NCBI GenBank assembly: GCA_964465015.1
Contig: CAYXHP010000150.1
Location: forward strand, 8,424 to 72,423
Length of the DNA stretch: 64,000 nt
Origin: an uncultured Gemmatimonadota bacterium
Lineage (GTDB): Bacteria; Gemmatimonadota; Gemmatimonadetes; Palauibacterales; Palauibacteraceae
Direction: 5' to 3'
The translations under genes were made by a program, and so were the position numbers. This document shows positions 28,168-38,680 of this stretch, in pieces; within the stretch, counting starts at the first letter, position 1; every line of letters begins with the position of its first letter. Under the pieces are notes generated by a model that made no database searches, was not told the origin of the DNA, and worked only from the letters and a program-made list of their open reading frames with translations.

Positions 28168-29631
28168 ATGGCCCTCGAGCGCTATCTCGATCTCGTTCCC
28201 GAGCCGCGGCGGTTCCTGGAGGCCGTCGCCCGCCCCGAGCCCACGACCGTGCGGATCCGCGCCGGGCGGGCGGCCGCCGCCGAGGTCCTCGAGGACCTGC
28301 GGTCCGGCGGCTTCGTCCTCGAAGCGGTGCCGGGGCTGGACGACGTCTACCACGTGAGGGAGGCGCCGCGGGCCGTCAGTCGGACCCTGCAGCACTGGCG
28401 GGGCGACTTCTACATCCAGCAGGCCAGCACCGCCGTCGCCGCCCCGGCACTCGGACCGCGGCCCGGGGAACGGGTGCTCGACCTGTGCGCGGCGCCCGGC
28501 GGCAAGACCACTCACCTGTCGGACCTCATGGGGGAGCGAGGCTGCCTGGTCGCGGCCGACCGGAGCGAGAAGCGCATCCGCGCCCTCCTCGGCAACGTCT
28601 ACCGGCTGCTCCACGCCGGCGTGCTGGTCGTGGCCGCCGACGGCCGGCACTTCCCGTCGGGAGCGCTCTTCGACCGCGTGCTGGTCGATGCACCCTGCTC
28701 GGGCGAGGGGAACGTCCGGCGCCAGGGAGGCGAGGTGGACGCGCCCACCGACAGCTACCACGAATACGCCACCTCCCTGCAGACGTCGCTCCTGCGGCGG
28801 GCGATCGAGCTCACGAGGCCGGGCGGCACGATCCTGTACTCCACGTGCACGTTCGCCCCCGAGGAGAACGAGGCGGTCGTCGACGCGATCCTCCAGGAGC
28901 TTCCCGTGCACCTGGAGCCGCTCCCGCTGGACCTCCCGCACGCCCCGGGGCTGACCGGGTTCGAGGGCCGCCGCTACGATCCGTCCCTCCAGCTGGCCTG
29001 GCGCATCTATCCCCATCACCTCGACTCCGGAGGACTCTTCCTGGCCCGCCTGCGCAGGGAGGGCGGGCTCGACGAGGGAACCGACCGCGAAGGCTGGACC
29101 CCGGTACCGCCCGCCTTCCCGGGAGAGGAAGGCGCCGTCGGGGAGGGCGCACGTCGGGTGACGGACGGACTCCGACGCCTGGAGGCGAGCTTCGAGATCC
29201 CCGAAGCCCGGCTCGCGGAGGCGGGCTGGATGGCGCGTGGCGACAGCCTGTGGGGACACCGTCTGGACGCGTGGCCACTCGAGGCGTGGGAAGGCTCCGA
29301 CGCGTGGCGGTTCGTGTCGCTGGGCGTCCGGGTCATGCGAGAGGACAGGAGATACGGGTTTCGGCCCACGAACGACGGGCTCCGCTGGCTGGGGCCGGAT
29401 CTGGCCCGCCGCGTCGTGGCGTTCGGGCGCGAGGACTGCCTCCGCCTCCTGGAGGGAGCGCCGCTCGCGGCCAGAGTCCCGGGCGGGAACGGCAACGTGG
29501 CGCTGGCACTCGAGGACCGGGTGGTCGGCCGGGGCGTGCTCCGCGATGGCGTGGTCCGCTCCGAGATCCCGCGCGCTCGGGCGCGGCCGCTTCGGGAGAT
29601 CCTCATGGCCGACCTCGGATACAGCCGGTAG
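28168..29631 (+). CDS. NOL1/NOP2/Sun-family RNA cytosine-C5 methyltransferase (RsmF-like)
   Basis: Motifs FYIQQAST, DLCAAPGGKTTHL, DAPCSGEGNVRR and YSTCTFAPEENE. Confidence 0.88.
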   Translation: MALERYLDLVPEPRRFLEAVARPEPTTVRIRAGRAAAAEVLEDLRSGGFVLEAVPGLDDVYHVREAPRAVSRTLQHWRGDFYIQQASTAVAAPALGPRPGERVLDLCAAPGGKTTHLSDLMGERGCLVAADRSEKRIRALLGNVYRLLHAGVLVVAADGRHFPSGALFDRVLVDAPCSGEGNVRRQGGEVDAPTDSYHEYATSLQTSLLRRAIELTRPGGTILYSTCTFAPEENEAVVDAILQELPVHLEPLPLDLPHAPGLTGFEGRRYDPSLQLAWRIYPHHLDSGGLFLARLRREGGLDEGTDREGWTPVPPAFPGEEGAVGEGARRVTDGLRRLEASFEIPEARLAEAGWMARGDSLWGHRLDAWPLEAWEGSDAWRFVSLGVRVMREDRRYGFRPTNDGLRWLGPDLARRVVAFGREDCLRLLEGAPLAARVPGGNGNVALALEDRVVGRGVLRDGVVRSEIPRARARPLREILMADLGYSR

Positions 29632-29640
29632 CTTCGCGGC

Positions 29641-30582
29641 ATGTCTCCATCGGGTCCCCTGGTCGAATGCGTCCCCAACGTGAGCGAGGGCCGCGATCCG
29701 GCCGTCCTCGACGCGATCGCTTCCGCGCTGCGCTCGGTGGACGAAGTGGCCCTGCTCGACGTGGACCCGGATCGGTGGCACCACCGGACCGTCTACACCT
29801 TCGCGGGGCCCGCCGAGCCCGTCGCGGAGGCGGCCTTCCGGCTGGTCCGGGAGGCCTCCGAACGCATCGACCTCTCGCGGCACCAGGGCGAGCATCCCCG
29901 GATCGGGGCGGCGGATGTCGTTCCGTTCGTACCGCTGCGCGGGCTGGACCTGGGCCCACTGGAGGCCGCGGGCATGGACGTGTGCGTGGAGCTGGCCGGC
30001 CGCGTGGGCCAACGCGTGGCCGACGAGCTCGGAGTGCCGGTCTACCTGTACGGACGGGCCGCCCGGCGACCCGAGAGGTCCGTCCCCGCCCCGTTTCGGC
30101 GCGGCGGATTCGAGGCGCTCCGCGAGGCGATCGCCACCGACGCGGACCGCGCGCCGGACCTCGGTCCCGCCCGCGTCCATCCCTCGGCCGGGGCTTCCGC
30201 GATCGGCGCCCGCGAGATCCTGGTGGCGTTCAACCTCCTGCTGGACACCGACGACGTCGACGTGGCCTCCCGGGTCGCACGCCGCATCCGGCAGTCGAGC
30301 GGAGGCCTGCCGCGCGTCCAGGCCCTCGGCTTCCGGGTGGCGGGTCGGGCCCAGGTCTCCACGAATCTGCTGGACGTTGATGTCTCCCCTCCGGCGAGGG
30401 TGTTCGAGGCCGTCGCCCGGGCGGCCGCTCGTCTGGGCGCCAGGATCGTCTCGAGCGAGGTCGTGGGTCTCGCGCCCGAGCGCTGCCTGCCGCCGGACGC
30501 CGAGACGTCCCTCCTCCTCGATGCGCCGCGGGAGCGCCGGCTGCTCGAGCCCCGGATCCGGGCCGCGTTCGGCGCGGCCTGA
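29641..30582 (+). CDS. ftcD: Glutamate formimidoyltransferase
   Basis: N-terminal LVECVPNVSEGRD signature. Also HHRTVYTF and HPRIGAADVVPFVPL. Confidence 0.85.
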   Translation: MSPSGPLVECVPNVSEGRDPAVLDAIASALRSVDEVALLDVDPDRWHHRTVYTFAGPAEPVAEAAFRLVREASERIDLSRHQGEHPRIGAADVVPFVPLRGLDLGPLEAAGMDVCVELAGRVGQRVADELGVPVYLYGRAARRPERSVPAPFRRGGFEALREAIATDADRAPDLGPARVHPSAGASAIGAREILVAFNLLLDTDDVDVASRVARRIRQSSGGLPRVQALGFRVAGRAQVSTNLLDVDVSPPARVFEAVARAAARLGARIVSSEVVGLAPERCLPPDAETSLLLDAPRERRLLEPRIRAAFGAA

Positions 30583-30657
30583 GGCCCCCCACGAAGCACG
30601 CCGGCGGCGGAAGCGCCGGCCGGCCCTCTCGCGCCGGGATTCGCCGCCCGGCCGCGG

Positions 30658-31620
30658 CTAGCGGGTCGCTGCGGGCGGCTCGAGCGGAGGCAGGGCGGCC
30701 TCGATGGCGCCGCGCCGCTCCTCGAGCCACGGCGGCAGGATCAGCCGGCTCCCCAGCTCCTCCACGGCCTCGTCTCGACCGAAGCCCGGCCCCGCGGTCG
30801 CCAGCTCGAACAGGACGCCGCCGGGCTCACGGAAGTAGACCGATCGGAACCAGAAACGGTCGATGGGCTCGGTGGCCCGGAGACCCGCGGCCAGGACGCG
30901 CTCCCGCACCGCCGCCTGCTCGTCGTCGTCTTCGACGAGGAAAGCCACGTGGTGGACGCCGCCCGTGCCCCACCTGCCCTGGCGCGCGCCCGGCGCCTCC
31001 CGCACCTCCAGCCAGCGGCCCGCTCCGCCTCCCTCCACGCCGTAGCGCCACCACCCATCCGACTCGCCCGCCTCGCGGAAGCCGAGCACATCCTCCAGGA
31101 CGCGGCCGGTGGCGCCCCCATCCCGCACCACCAGTCTCACTCCGTGCATGCCGCGGAGCTGTCGGTCCGGGGAGACCGGTCCGGCGGTCCACGGCTCCCA
31201 CGCGCGCTCATCGTCGGTCTCGACGAGTGCCAGCCGCTGGCCGTGCGGATCGCGGAAGGGGAGGACCGGCTGGCCGAAGCGCAGCTCGCGGCGACCGGCC
31301 CGGATGCCGGCGTCGGCCAGACGCTCACGCCACCAGTCGAGACTCCCGGACGGCACCCCGAACTGGACCTCCTGCGCCTGGCCGGCGCCCTCGAGCACGG
31401 GGTCCATGTCGGGCCAGGGGAAGAACGTGAGATCGGTGCCGGGCGTCCCCACAGCGTCCGCGTAGAACAGGTGATAGCTGCCGGGCACGTCCTGGTTCAC
31501 GCTCCGCTTGACCAGGCGGAGGCCCAGCGTGCCGACGTAGAAGTCCAGGTTCTCCTGGGGCTCGGAGGCGATGGCGGTGACGTGGTGAAGACCGTGGACT
31601 CCCGTGCCGCTGGATGCCAT
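30658..31620 (-). CDS. VOC-superfamily ring-cleaving dioxygenase (MhqO/YfiE-like, two glyoxalase domains)
   Basis: GLHHVTAIASEPQENLDFYVGTLGLRLVKRSVNQD and a second GGVHHVAFLVEDD module. Confidence 0.8.
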   Translation of the reverse strand: MASSGTGVHGLHHVTAIASEPQENLDFYVGTLGLRLVKRSVNQDVPGSYHLFYADAVGTPGTDLTFFPWPDMDPVLEGAGQAQEVQFGVPSGSLDWWRERLADAGIRAGRRELRFGQPVLPFRDPHGQRLALVETDDERAWEPWTAGPVSPDRQLRGMHGVRLVVRDGGATGRVLEDVLGFREAGESDGWWRYGVEGGGAGRWLEVREAPGARQGRWGTGGVHHVAFLVEDDDEQAAVRERVLAAGLRATEPIDRFWFRSVYFREPGGVLFELATAGPGFGRDEAVEELGSRLILPPWLEERRGAIEAALPPLEPPAATR

Positions 31621-31920
31621 GGCGTGCTCTCCCGCTCCTTCGGTTCGTGGAACCGGCCCGGTCGTCCGCGTACAGGTGGCCGGAGGTCAGGCATACACCG
31701 CAGGCGGCGCGGAGGACCGACGCGCTCCCCACAGCGCGTGGCGCCCGCCTCCCCACGCCGCCCTAAGCCGATTCCCGACAGCCCGGGCGTGGAACGGCGA
31801 GTAGCATCAGCCTGGGATGGTCGGCCCGGTCGTATGGTCGCCGGGCGCGGTCCCGAATCTCCGGCGCGGCCGAAGTGGAGTCGCGGCACGGGGGCGCAGG
31901 ACGCGAGCGGGAGGTGATCG

Positions 31921-32436
31921 ATGAGCGGCGCGTGGAGGTGGACCGCCATGGCGTGGATCCTCGCGGGAGGCTGGGCCTGCGCGAGCGCGGCACCGGCCGT
32001 GCCGATGACGGGCGAGCTCTCGGCGATCGGCTCCCTCTCGGGCCGCTGGGCCGGCCGCTACGAGAGCCGCTCGACCGGGCGGTACGGCTCGATCGCCTTC
32101 CAGCTCGAGGCGGGACGCGACACGGCCCGGGGGGAGGTGCAGATGATCCCGGCCGGCCGCGCCGAGCCGCTGAACCGGATGGATGGCTACAGGGGCGTGC
32201 GGGCCGAGGACAACCGCTCTCCCCGCTTCCTCACTATCCGCTTCGTGGGGGTGGCCGGAGGGTCGGTGCGCGGCTCTCTCGATCCCTACCTGGACCCGGA
32301 CACCGGGCTCGTCCTCCTCACCAGCTTCCGTGGCGTGGTGCGCGGAGACTCGATCGTGGGCACCTTCGAGTCCAGGTCGGAGCGCTCGGGGGTGCTCTCC
32401 ACCGGACGCTGGTGGGTGGCCCGGCGCGCGCCGTAG
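31921..32436 (+). CDS. Hypothetical secreted protein / possible lipoprotein
   Basis: GGGAGG RBS. Signal-like WTAMAWILAGGWACASA. No recognisable domain. Confidence 0.5.
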   Translation: MSGAWRWTAMAWILAGGWACASAAPAVPMTGELSAIGSLSGRWAGRYESRSTGRYGSIAFQLEAGRDTARGEVQMIPAGRAEPLNRMDGYRGVRAEDNRSPRFLTIRFVGVAGGSVRGSLDPYLDPDTGLVLLTSFRGVVRGDSIVGTFESRSERSGVLSTGRWWVARRAP

Positions 32437-32553
32437 CGGCGACCGGCCCGGCTCGCCGGGGCCACGGCAGCTCCGGCGCGCCCCCTCACCTTCCACGTGC
32501 CGGGGAGCGTAGGCCGACCACGCGGGCGGCCGACGCTCCGGGCATCGTGCCTC

Positions 32554-34365
32554 CTACCGGTAGCGCCAGCCCATCGGCGCGTCCTTCGGTGCCTGCGACA
32601 CGATCCACTCCGCCATCTCCTTCAGGATCCCGGGCGTGGTGGTGTGCTGCCAGCCGTGGCTCTTTTCCGGCCTGCCGAAGTGGAAGGTCCCCGGGACGTG
32701 GGGGCCCGTGGTCGAGTCCATGAACGCCTGCAGCCGGTAGACGGCCAGGTTCAGGTAGAAGTTGTCGGCGTCCCCCACGTCGACGTGGATCTTCCCCTTC
32801 AGCTTCGGTCCGACCTCGGACCAGTGCTCGGCCAGGTACGCCCTGAGGTCGTAGCCGTGACGCTTCATGTACTCGGCCACCGAATGGTCGATATGCCCGG
32901 TGCGCTTGTCCCACAGGGGCTTCGGATAGCCCTCCTGACCGACCGGACCGAACACGGCCTCCCAGGCGTTGAGCTGCTGGCCCGAGCGGCCGTGGCTCCC
33001 GAGCACGGCCTCCAGCCGGCTGAACTCCCGCACCGACAGCACGGGCTGGCCGTCGGCCAGGCGCATGATGTAGCGCTCGGGGTGGCTCCACTCGGTCACG
33101 GGGGTGAACGGGAGCCCCCCGCCGGCCTGGTCGTTCTGGAACACGAAGGCGCTCGTGTCGCTGTAGATGTCCACCATGTCGTACGAGCGGAAGTCGACGG
33201 GATCCGGGTAGAGCGTCCACGTCCCGTCGAAGAAGTCCGGGTGGTAGACCTGGAGCGCGATGGACTCCCAACCACCCGTGGAGCCTCCGGTCAAAGTCCG
33301 CGCCCAGGGCTGGCGGATCATGCGGAAGTGGCTCTCGAGGTAGGGGATGAGCTCCTGCAGGATCGCGTCGCCGTACGGCCCGTCGTTGGCCGAGTTCACC
33401 GCGTAGGAGTCGTCGAAGTAGGGCGTCGGGTGCTGGAAGGTGACCGCGATCATGCGCGGGAAGCCGGGCGAGGTCCAGGCGAGGTAGAACTGGTGGCCGG
33501 TCTCGCGGTTCAGACTCGCGAACATGCTCGTGGCCCACGCGGGCATCGGCTGGCTGTCGGGGCTGAACCCGAACGGAGGCCGGAGGTTGAAGTGCCCCTG
33601 CTCGTACACCACCGGGTAGCGCACCTCCGGGTGCTTGTCGTAGCCCTTCGGCAGGAGCACCGTGGCCCCCAGGTACATCGGGTGGCCCCAGAACTTCGTG
33701 AGCAGATCGCTCTGGATCTTGACGTGCTTCACCCACTTCGTGTCCTCCGGCATCTCGATCGGCGGGATCTCGTGCCGGAGCTGGAGGGTCACATCCCACC
33801 CGGCGGCCGGGTCCAGGTGCACGTTCTGCACGTCGCTCACCAGGTTGCCCGGCGACGCATTGAACTGCTGACCCTCCCAGTGGTCCATGTGGGCCCAGAT
33901 CGTGTGCCCGTCGGAGCGCGGGAAGCGCGTGTACACGTTCAGGATTGCCTGGACGTAGTAGTCGCCGGCCGGGAGGTCCGAGAGGCGCTCGACCGGGTAG
34001 CCGGGCGTCGAGCCGTCGATGGTCGCCGCCTGCCCGGGCGAGAGGGAGTCCACGTCGACCGCGAACATCGGGATCGTCTGTACGAAGGAGCCCGCCTGGA
34101 GGCGCGGCGGGGGCGAGGATCGCCGGCTGATCACGACGAACATCCGCCCCGTGATCGGCCCGCGGTGGAGCGAGTCGGGGAAGCTCACGTGGAATGCCGT
34201 GCCAGCGGATCCGTCGCGCGTCACCGACCGCGCGGAGGATCCCGTCGAAGCCTGCGCCGGACGGCATCCGGACAGCGCCGCCGCCAGAGTCACGACCAGT
34301 CCCAGGGCCGCCGCGGCTCGCGACCTCGACACGCCACGCCCCCGGACGGCTCCGCTCGCACGCAT
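32554..34365 (-). CDS. Lipoprotein with alpha/beta-hydrolase 'putative esterase' domain
   Basis: ATG 34365 with a GGGGAGAG RBS. Lipobox AALSGC. Nucleophile-elbow-like [15 protein letters not shown] with the esterase-family (PF00756-like) context [14 protein letters not shown]. Confidence 0.65.
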   Translation of the reverse strand: MRASGAVRGRGVSRSRAAAALGLVVTLAAALSGCRPAQASTGSSARSVTRDGSAGTAFHVSFPDSLHRGPITGRMFVVISRRSSPPPRLQAGSFVQTIPMFAVDVDSLSPGQAATIDGSTPGYPVERLSDLPAGDYYVQAILNVYTRFPRSDGHTIWAHMDHWEGQQFNASPGNLVSDVQNVHLDPAAGWDVTLQLRHEIPPIEMPEDTKWVKHVKIQSDLLTKFWGHPMYLGATVLLPKGYDKHPEVRYPVVYEQGHFNLRPPFGFSPDSQPMPAWATSMFASLNRETGHQFYLAWTSPGFPRMIAVTFQHPTPYFDDSYAVNSANDGPYGDAILQELIPYLESHFRMIRQPWARTLTGGSTGGWESIALQVYHPDFFDGTWTLYPDPVDFRSYDMVDIYSDTSAFVFQNDQAGGGLPFTPVTEWSHPERYIMRLADGQPVLSVREFSRLEAVLGSHGRSGQQLNAWEAVFGPVGQEGYPKPLWDKRTGHIDHSVAEYMKRHGYDLRAYLAEHWSEVGPKLKGKIHVDVGDADNFYLNLAVYRLQAFMDSTTGPHVPGTFHFGRPEKSHGWQHTTTPGILKEMAEWIVSQAPKDAPMGWRYR

Positions 34366-34496
34366 GACTCTCCCCTCGGTTGGAGACGACTCCTCGGTGC
34401 GGCCTCGCGCCTCCCGCTCCCGCCCGGCGACTCCGCGCGGTGACGAGGGCACCCAGCATACGGGAGGGCTCCGCCCGCGGCGAGGGCCAACCGCCC

Positions 34497-34526
34497 TTGA
34501 ACCCCGTCCCGACAGCGGCGTACCAT
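34497..34526 (+). promoter_or_regulatory. Candidate sigma70-type promoter of the purE operon
   Basis: TTGAAC-N18-TACCAT, about 48 nt upstream of the purE ATG. Only a partial match to TTGACA/TATAAT. Confidence 0.35.
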
Positions 34527-34573
34527 GCGCCGAGTCCGGAGGCAGGGGACACGTGCACGAAAGCGGGAGGCCG

Positions 34574-35071
34574 ATGGCGAGCGCGCTGGTCGGGATCATC
34601 ATGGGCTCCACCTCCGACTGGGAGACGATGGAGCACGCGGTGCGGATCCTCGAGGAGCTTCAGGTGCCATTCGAGACCCGGGTGGTCTCGGCGCACCGGA
34701 CACCGGATCTCCTGTTCGAGTACGCCTCGACGGCGGAGGGACGGGGACTCGAGGTGATCATCGCGGGGGCCGGAGGGGCGGCGCACCTTCCGGGCATGAC
34801 GGCCTCCAAGACCGTCCTGCCGGTTCTGGGCGTGCCGGTCCAATCGAGGGCGCTGAGCGGGCTCGACTCGCTCCTCTCGATCGTCCAGATGCCGCGCGGC
34901 GTGCCGGTCGGCACGCTGGCGATCGGACGCTCCGGGGCCGTGAACGCCGCCCTCCTCTGCGCCGCGATCCTCGGCGCCTCCCACCCGGAGATCCGGGAGA
35001 GGCTCCGGAGCTACCGCGCCGAGCAGACCCGGGCGGTGCTGGAGGACTCGGAGCTCCCGAGCTCGACGTGA
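34574..35071 (+). CDS. purE: N5-carboxyaminoimidazole ribonucleotide mutase
   Basis: GGGAGG RBS. Motifs [14 protein letters not shown] and [10 protein letters not shown]. Confidence 0.95.
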   Translation: MASALVGIIMGSTSDWETMEHAVRILEELQVPFETRVVSAHRTPDLLFEYASTAEGRGLEVIIAGAGGAAHLPGMTASKTVLPVLGVPVQSRALSGLDSLLSIVQMPRGVPVGTLAIGRSGAVNAALLCAAILGASHPEIRERLRSYRAEQTRAVLEDSELPSST

Positions 35072-36186
35072 AGGTCGGCATCCTCGGCGGAGGACAGCTC
35101 GGGCGGATGCTCGCCCTGGCCGGCTACCCGCTCGGTCTCGAGTTCCGTGTCCTGGACCCCAAGCCGGCCGCCTGTGCCGCGGACGTGGCGGAGCACCGAC
35201 AGGGCGACTACGACGACCCGGCGGCGCTGGACGCCTTCTGCGACGATCTCGACGTGGTGACCTACGAGTTCGAGAACGTCCCGCGGTCGGCGGCGGACCG
35301 GCTGGCCGGACGCGTCCCGGTCTACCCGCCGCCGCAGGCGCTCGACGTGGCCCAGGACCGGCTGGTGGAGAAGACGTTCTTCCGCGACCACGGAATCCCG
35401 ACCGCGCCCTTCGAGGCGGTGAGCACGCGGGAGGAGCTGGCCGATGCCCTAGACACGCTGGGGACGCCCGCGGTGCTCAAGACGCGGCGCTTTGGCTACG
35501 ACGGGAAGGGCCAGTTCATTCTCCACTCGCCCGGCGCGGCGGATGCCGCCTGGGAGGAGGTCGGTGGCCGTCCCCTGATCCTGGAGGGATTCGTCCCCTT
35601 TCGCCGCGAGCTGTCGATCCTCTCGGTCCGGGACCGGAACGGCGAGGTCCGGACCTATCCACTGGTCCACAACACGCACGCCGATGGCATTCTGGTGCGC
35701 TCGCGGGCACCCGTGCAGGACGTGGATGCTGATCTTCAGGCCACAGCAGCAGATTACGCATTACGCGTATTGAACGATCTGGAATACGTGGGGGTGCTGG
35801 CCATCGAGCTCTTCGAGCACGAGGGACGCCTGCTGGCCAACGAGATGGCGCCCCGCGTCCACAACTCGGGTCACTGGAGCATCGAGGGTGCGGAGACGAG
35901 CCAGTTCGAAAACCACGTGCGGGCGGTGGCCGGGCTGCCGCTCGGTCCCACCGACCCCGTCGGCACCAGCGTCATGGTGAACCTCATCGGGTGCGTGCCT
36001 CCGCTCGAGGCGATGCTCGCGGTCGAGGGGGCGCACGTGCACCTGTACGCCAAGTCGGCCCGACCCGGACGCAAGCTGGGGCACGTCACGGTGCGCGACC
36101 TCGATCCGGCGATCGCGCTCGAGCGCGCCGCCGTCCTGGAGGAGATGGTGGGGCGAACACCGGTCCGCGCCGGACACGACCGATGA
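35068..36186 (+). CDS. purK: N5-carboxyaminoimidazole ribonucleotide synthase
   Basis: GTG start overlaps the pur[16 protein letters not shown] and an ATP-grasp core ([28 protein letters not shown]). Confidence 0.92.
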   Translation: MKVGILGGGQLGRMLALAGYPLGLEFRVLDPKPAACAADVAEHRQGDYDDPAALDAFCDDLDVVTYEFENVPRSAADRLAGRVPVYPPPQALDVAQDRLVEKTFFRDHGIPTAPFEAVSTREELADALDTLGTPAVLKTRRFGYDGKGQFILHSPGAADAAWEEVGGRPLILEGFVPFRRELSILSVRDRNGEVRTYPLVHNTHADGILVRSRAPVQDVDADLQATAADYALRVLNDLEYVGVLAIELFEHEGRLLANEMAPRVHNSGHWSIEGAETSQFENHVRAVAGLPLGPTDPVGTSVMVNLIGCVPPLEAMLAVEGAHVHLYAKSARPGRKLGHVTVRDLDPAIALERAAVLEEMVGRTPVRAGHDR

Positions 36187-36590
36187 GCCTCGAACCCGAA
36201 GCACCCGCTCCGGGGTATGTTACGGTGTGCGAGCTGGAGGAGCTCCAGGCGGGACGGGGGAAGCGTCTCCAGGTGGGGGACCGGTGGCTTGCGGTCTTCC
36301 TGGTGGACGGTACCGTCTATGCAATCGACGACCTGTGCCCTCACTCGGGGGGACCGCTCTCCGAGGGGACGGTCGACGGGCGTCGGGTGATCTGCTCCTG
36401 GCACTACGCGACGTTCGACCTGGCATCGGGAGAACGGCTGGACTCGATCTCCCGCTACGACGTCGATACGTATCCGGTCGTGGTGCGCGATGGTAGGGTG
36501 TGGGTGAAACCGGAGGAGTCGGTCGGCGAGGGTCCCGTCGGCGGCGACGCGCGGACGGTGGACGACGAGACGTCGGAGCGGACGACATGA
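36183..36590 (+). CDS. Small Rieske [2Fe-2S] ferredoxin-like protein (NirD-like)
   Basis: ATGA overlap with the purK stop. Rieske ligands CPH-x16-CSWH (CPHSGGPL...VICSWHYATF). Confidence 0.85.
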   Translation: MSLEPEAPAPGYVTVCELEELQAGRGKRLQVGDRWLAVFLVDGTVYAIDDLCPHSGGPLSEGTVDGRRVICSWHYATFDLASGERLDSISRYDVDTYPVVVRDGRVWVKPEESVGEGPVGGDARTVDDETSERTT

Positions 36591-37405
36591 CCATGCAGGG
36601 ACATGCGACGGCGGCGGGCCCGGAGCCCGAGCGGGAGATGTGGGAGCGGGCGGCACGCCTTCCCCCGCGGGATCCGACGGTCCGCATGTTCGAGAAGGAC
36701 TGGATGGAGCGCTTCTCGCGTGTCCATCCGCTCATTCCTCACGCGCTCTACGTTCCGCTCATCGGCTACATGGTGTGGCGCAGCCTGCACCTGGGCATGG
36801 GCGTGATAGCCACGCTCGGCCTCGCCGCTCTCGGCCTGCTGAGCTGGACCATCACCGAGTTCCTGCTCCACCGCTACGTCTTCCACGAGGTCGCCGACGA
36901 GAAGACCGAGCGCAGCGTCAAGCTCAAGGTGCACCGGTTGTCCCACGACGAGCCCATCCTGCCGGCTCTGGACGGCTGGCGGGAGAAGTTCTACTTCGTG
37001 GCCCACGGCGTCCACCACGAGTTCCCCAGCGACCCCCGACGGCTGGTCATGCCCCCGTCGGTGAGCATCCCGCTCGCGATCCTGTTCTTCACGCTGTTCA
37101 CGGTGACGCTGGGACCCCGCATCACGCCTGGCTTCTTCGCCGGCTTCGTGCTCGGCTACCTCATCTACGACAGCTTCCACTTCGCCATCCACTTCATCCG
37201 ACCGGGCGGGCGGATCGAGGAGACCATGTACCGCATGGGCAAGGGCCACATGCGCCACCACTTCTCGAACAACCGGCAGGACTTCGGCGTGAGCTCGCCG
37301 CTGTGGGACCTCATCGTCGGGTCGTACGACTGGCAGGAGAAGTCGCAGTTCTCCGGCCGGCTCCTGCGGCGCTGGATCCAGCGCCGGCGAGGTGCCGGCG
37401 ACTGA
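36587..37405 (+). CDS. Membrane fatty-acid hydroxylase superfamily protein (FA2H/Scs7-like, lacks cytochrome b5 domain)
   Basis: ATGA overlap with the Rieske gene stop. His boxes HRYVFHE, HGVHHEFPSDPRRLVMPP, HFAIH and HMRHHF. Confidence 0.8.
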   Translation: MTMQGHATAAGPEPEREMWERAARLPPRDPTVRMFEKDWMERFSRVHPLIPHALYVPLIGYMVWRSLHLGMGVIATLGLAALGLLSWTITEFLLHRYVFHEVADEKTERSVKLKVHRLSHDEPILPALDGWREKFYFVAHGVHHEFPSDPRRLVMPPSVSIPLAILFFTLFTVTLGPRITPGFFAGFVLGYLIYDSFHFAIHFIRPGGRIEETMYRMGKGHMRHHFSNNRQDFGVSSPLWDLIVGSYDWQEKSQFSGRLLRRWIQRRRGAGD

Positions 37406-37453
37406 GGTGTCGGAGGCGCGGTCGGCCGCCGGGGAAGGCGACCGGGGACGCGC

Positions 37454-38680
37454 TCAGGATTCGGTGGGGACCCCGAGCTCCAGGGCCGTGACCGGGTAGG
37501 GCTCGGCGAAGTAGTACCCCTGGCCGAACGTGCAGCCCCGCTCCCGCAACCGCTGGTGCTCCTCCCGCGTCTCGACCCCCTCGGCGGTGACTTCCAGGTC
37601 CAGCGTCCCGGCCAGCTGCAAAATGGACTCGACCAGGGCGCGATCGTCCTCGTCCTCTTCCATGCCGCGCACGAAGGCCCCGTCGATCTTGACCCCGTCC
37701 ACCCGCAAGTGGCGCAGCTGGCTCAGGGACACGAAGCCCTTCCCGAAATCGTCCACGGCGATCCGCACGCCCAGCCGCTTGAGCTCGGCCAGCTCCGATG
37801 AGGCCTCGCTGAGGGCCTGCTCGGTCACCTCGACCTGGAGGTCGCCGGGCTCCATGCCGCTCCGCCGCAGGAGATCCCGGAGCCGCTCCCTGAGGCCCGG
37901 CTGGCGGCACTGGGACGTGTCGAGGTTGACGCTCAGGAAGAAAACGGGGCTCGAGCCGAACCGCTCCTTCCAGGGAGCGTAGCGGCGGAGCGCCTCCTCC
38001 AGCACCCAGTTCCCCAGCGGCACCATGAGGCCGGCGCTCTTGGCGAGGGTCAGGAACTGGTCCGGGCTCATCAGTCCACGGGTCGGGTGCTCCCAGCGCA
38101 CGAGCGCCTCCACGCCGCGGACCTTGCCGTCCTCGAAGGCGACGATCGGTTGGTAGTGGAGACGGAGCTCGCCGTTCTCGATCGCCCGGCGCAGCTCGCG
38201 CCTCCAGCTCTCACCGGCGTCGATGCCGCGCGGGTCTCCGCCGGAACGCTGCAGCAGCTCCGAGACGGCTCCCGCCCCTGCGCTCACCACCAGCAGCGCC
38301 ACCGTGGCGACCCCGAACACCCACCAATTGATACGGCCGTCGAGGATCTCGCGCCCGAGGACCTCCGTCCCCGTCAGGGCCACCATCCCGCCCACGAGTG
38401 CGAAGGCAGCGCCGGCCCAACCCCGGTAGAAGGCCAGCAGGAACGGGGGAATGAGAGCCAGCACCCAGATGAAGCCCAGCACCGGTCCGTGCTGGGTCGG
38501 CCTCAGAAAGGCTGCCACGACCGCCGCGAGCAGGGCGAAGACACTGATGGCCAGCGCCCTGGGCGGCGTCGCTCCGCGACGCGGATGGGCCGGGACCGCC
38601 AGCTCCTGCCGGAAGGTCTCGGGCAGACCCGGTACCCGGTCCCGGACAACGTCCGCACCATCCCGCGACGAGTTCGTCAT
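37454..38680 (-). CDS. Membrane-anchored EAL-domain c-di-GMP phosphodiesterase
   Basis: About 4 N-terminal TM helices. Intact catalytic motifs (YQPIV, GVEALVRW, DDFGKG, EGVET, GQGYYF). No GGDEF domain. Confidence 0.88.
   Translation of the reverse strand: MTNSSRDGADVVRDRVPGLPETFRQELAVPAHPRRGATPPRALAISVFALLAAVVAAFLRPTQHGPVLGFIWVLALIPPFLLAFYRGWAGAAFALVGGMVALTGTEVLGREILDGRINWWVFGVATVALLVVSAGAGAVSELLQRSGGDPRGIDAGESWRRELRRAIENGELRLHYQPIVAFEDGKVRGVEALVRWEHPTRGLMSPDQFLTLAKSAGLMVPLGNWVLEEALRRYAPWKERFGSSPVFFLSVNLDTSQCRQPGLRERLRDLLRRSGMEPGDLQVEVTEQALSEASSELAELKRLGVRIAVDDFGKGFVSLSQLRHLRVDGVKIDGAFVRGMEEDEDDRALVESILQLAGTLDLEVTAEGVETREEHQRLRERGCTFGQGYYFAEPYPVTALELGVPTES

Noticed and set aside
28153-28168. 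Sigma54-like match TGGCCG-ACGGC-TAGCG (minus strand) upstream of the SBP-HK-RR operon.
   Set aside because: The spacing is right, but the -12 box is TAGC rather than TTGC. The site overlaps the rsmF-like start codon and has no associated dyad. It cannot be told apart from a chance GG-N10-GC match in GC-rich DNA without a PWM and background test.
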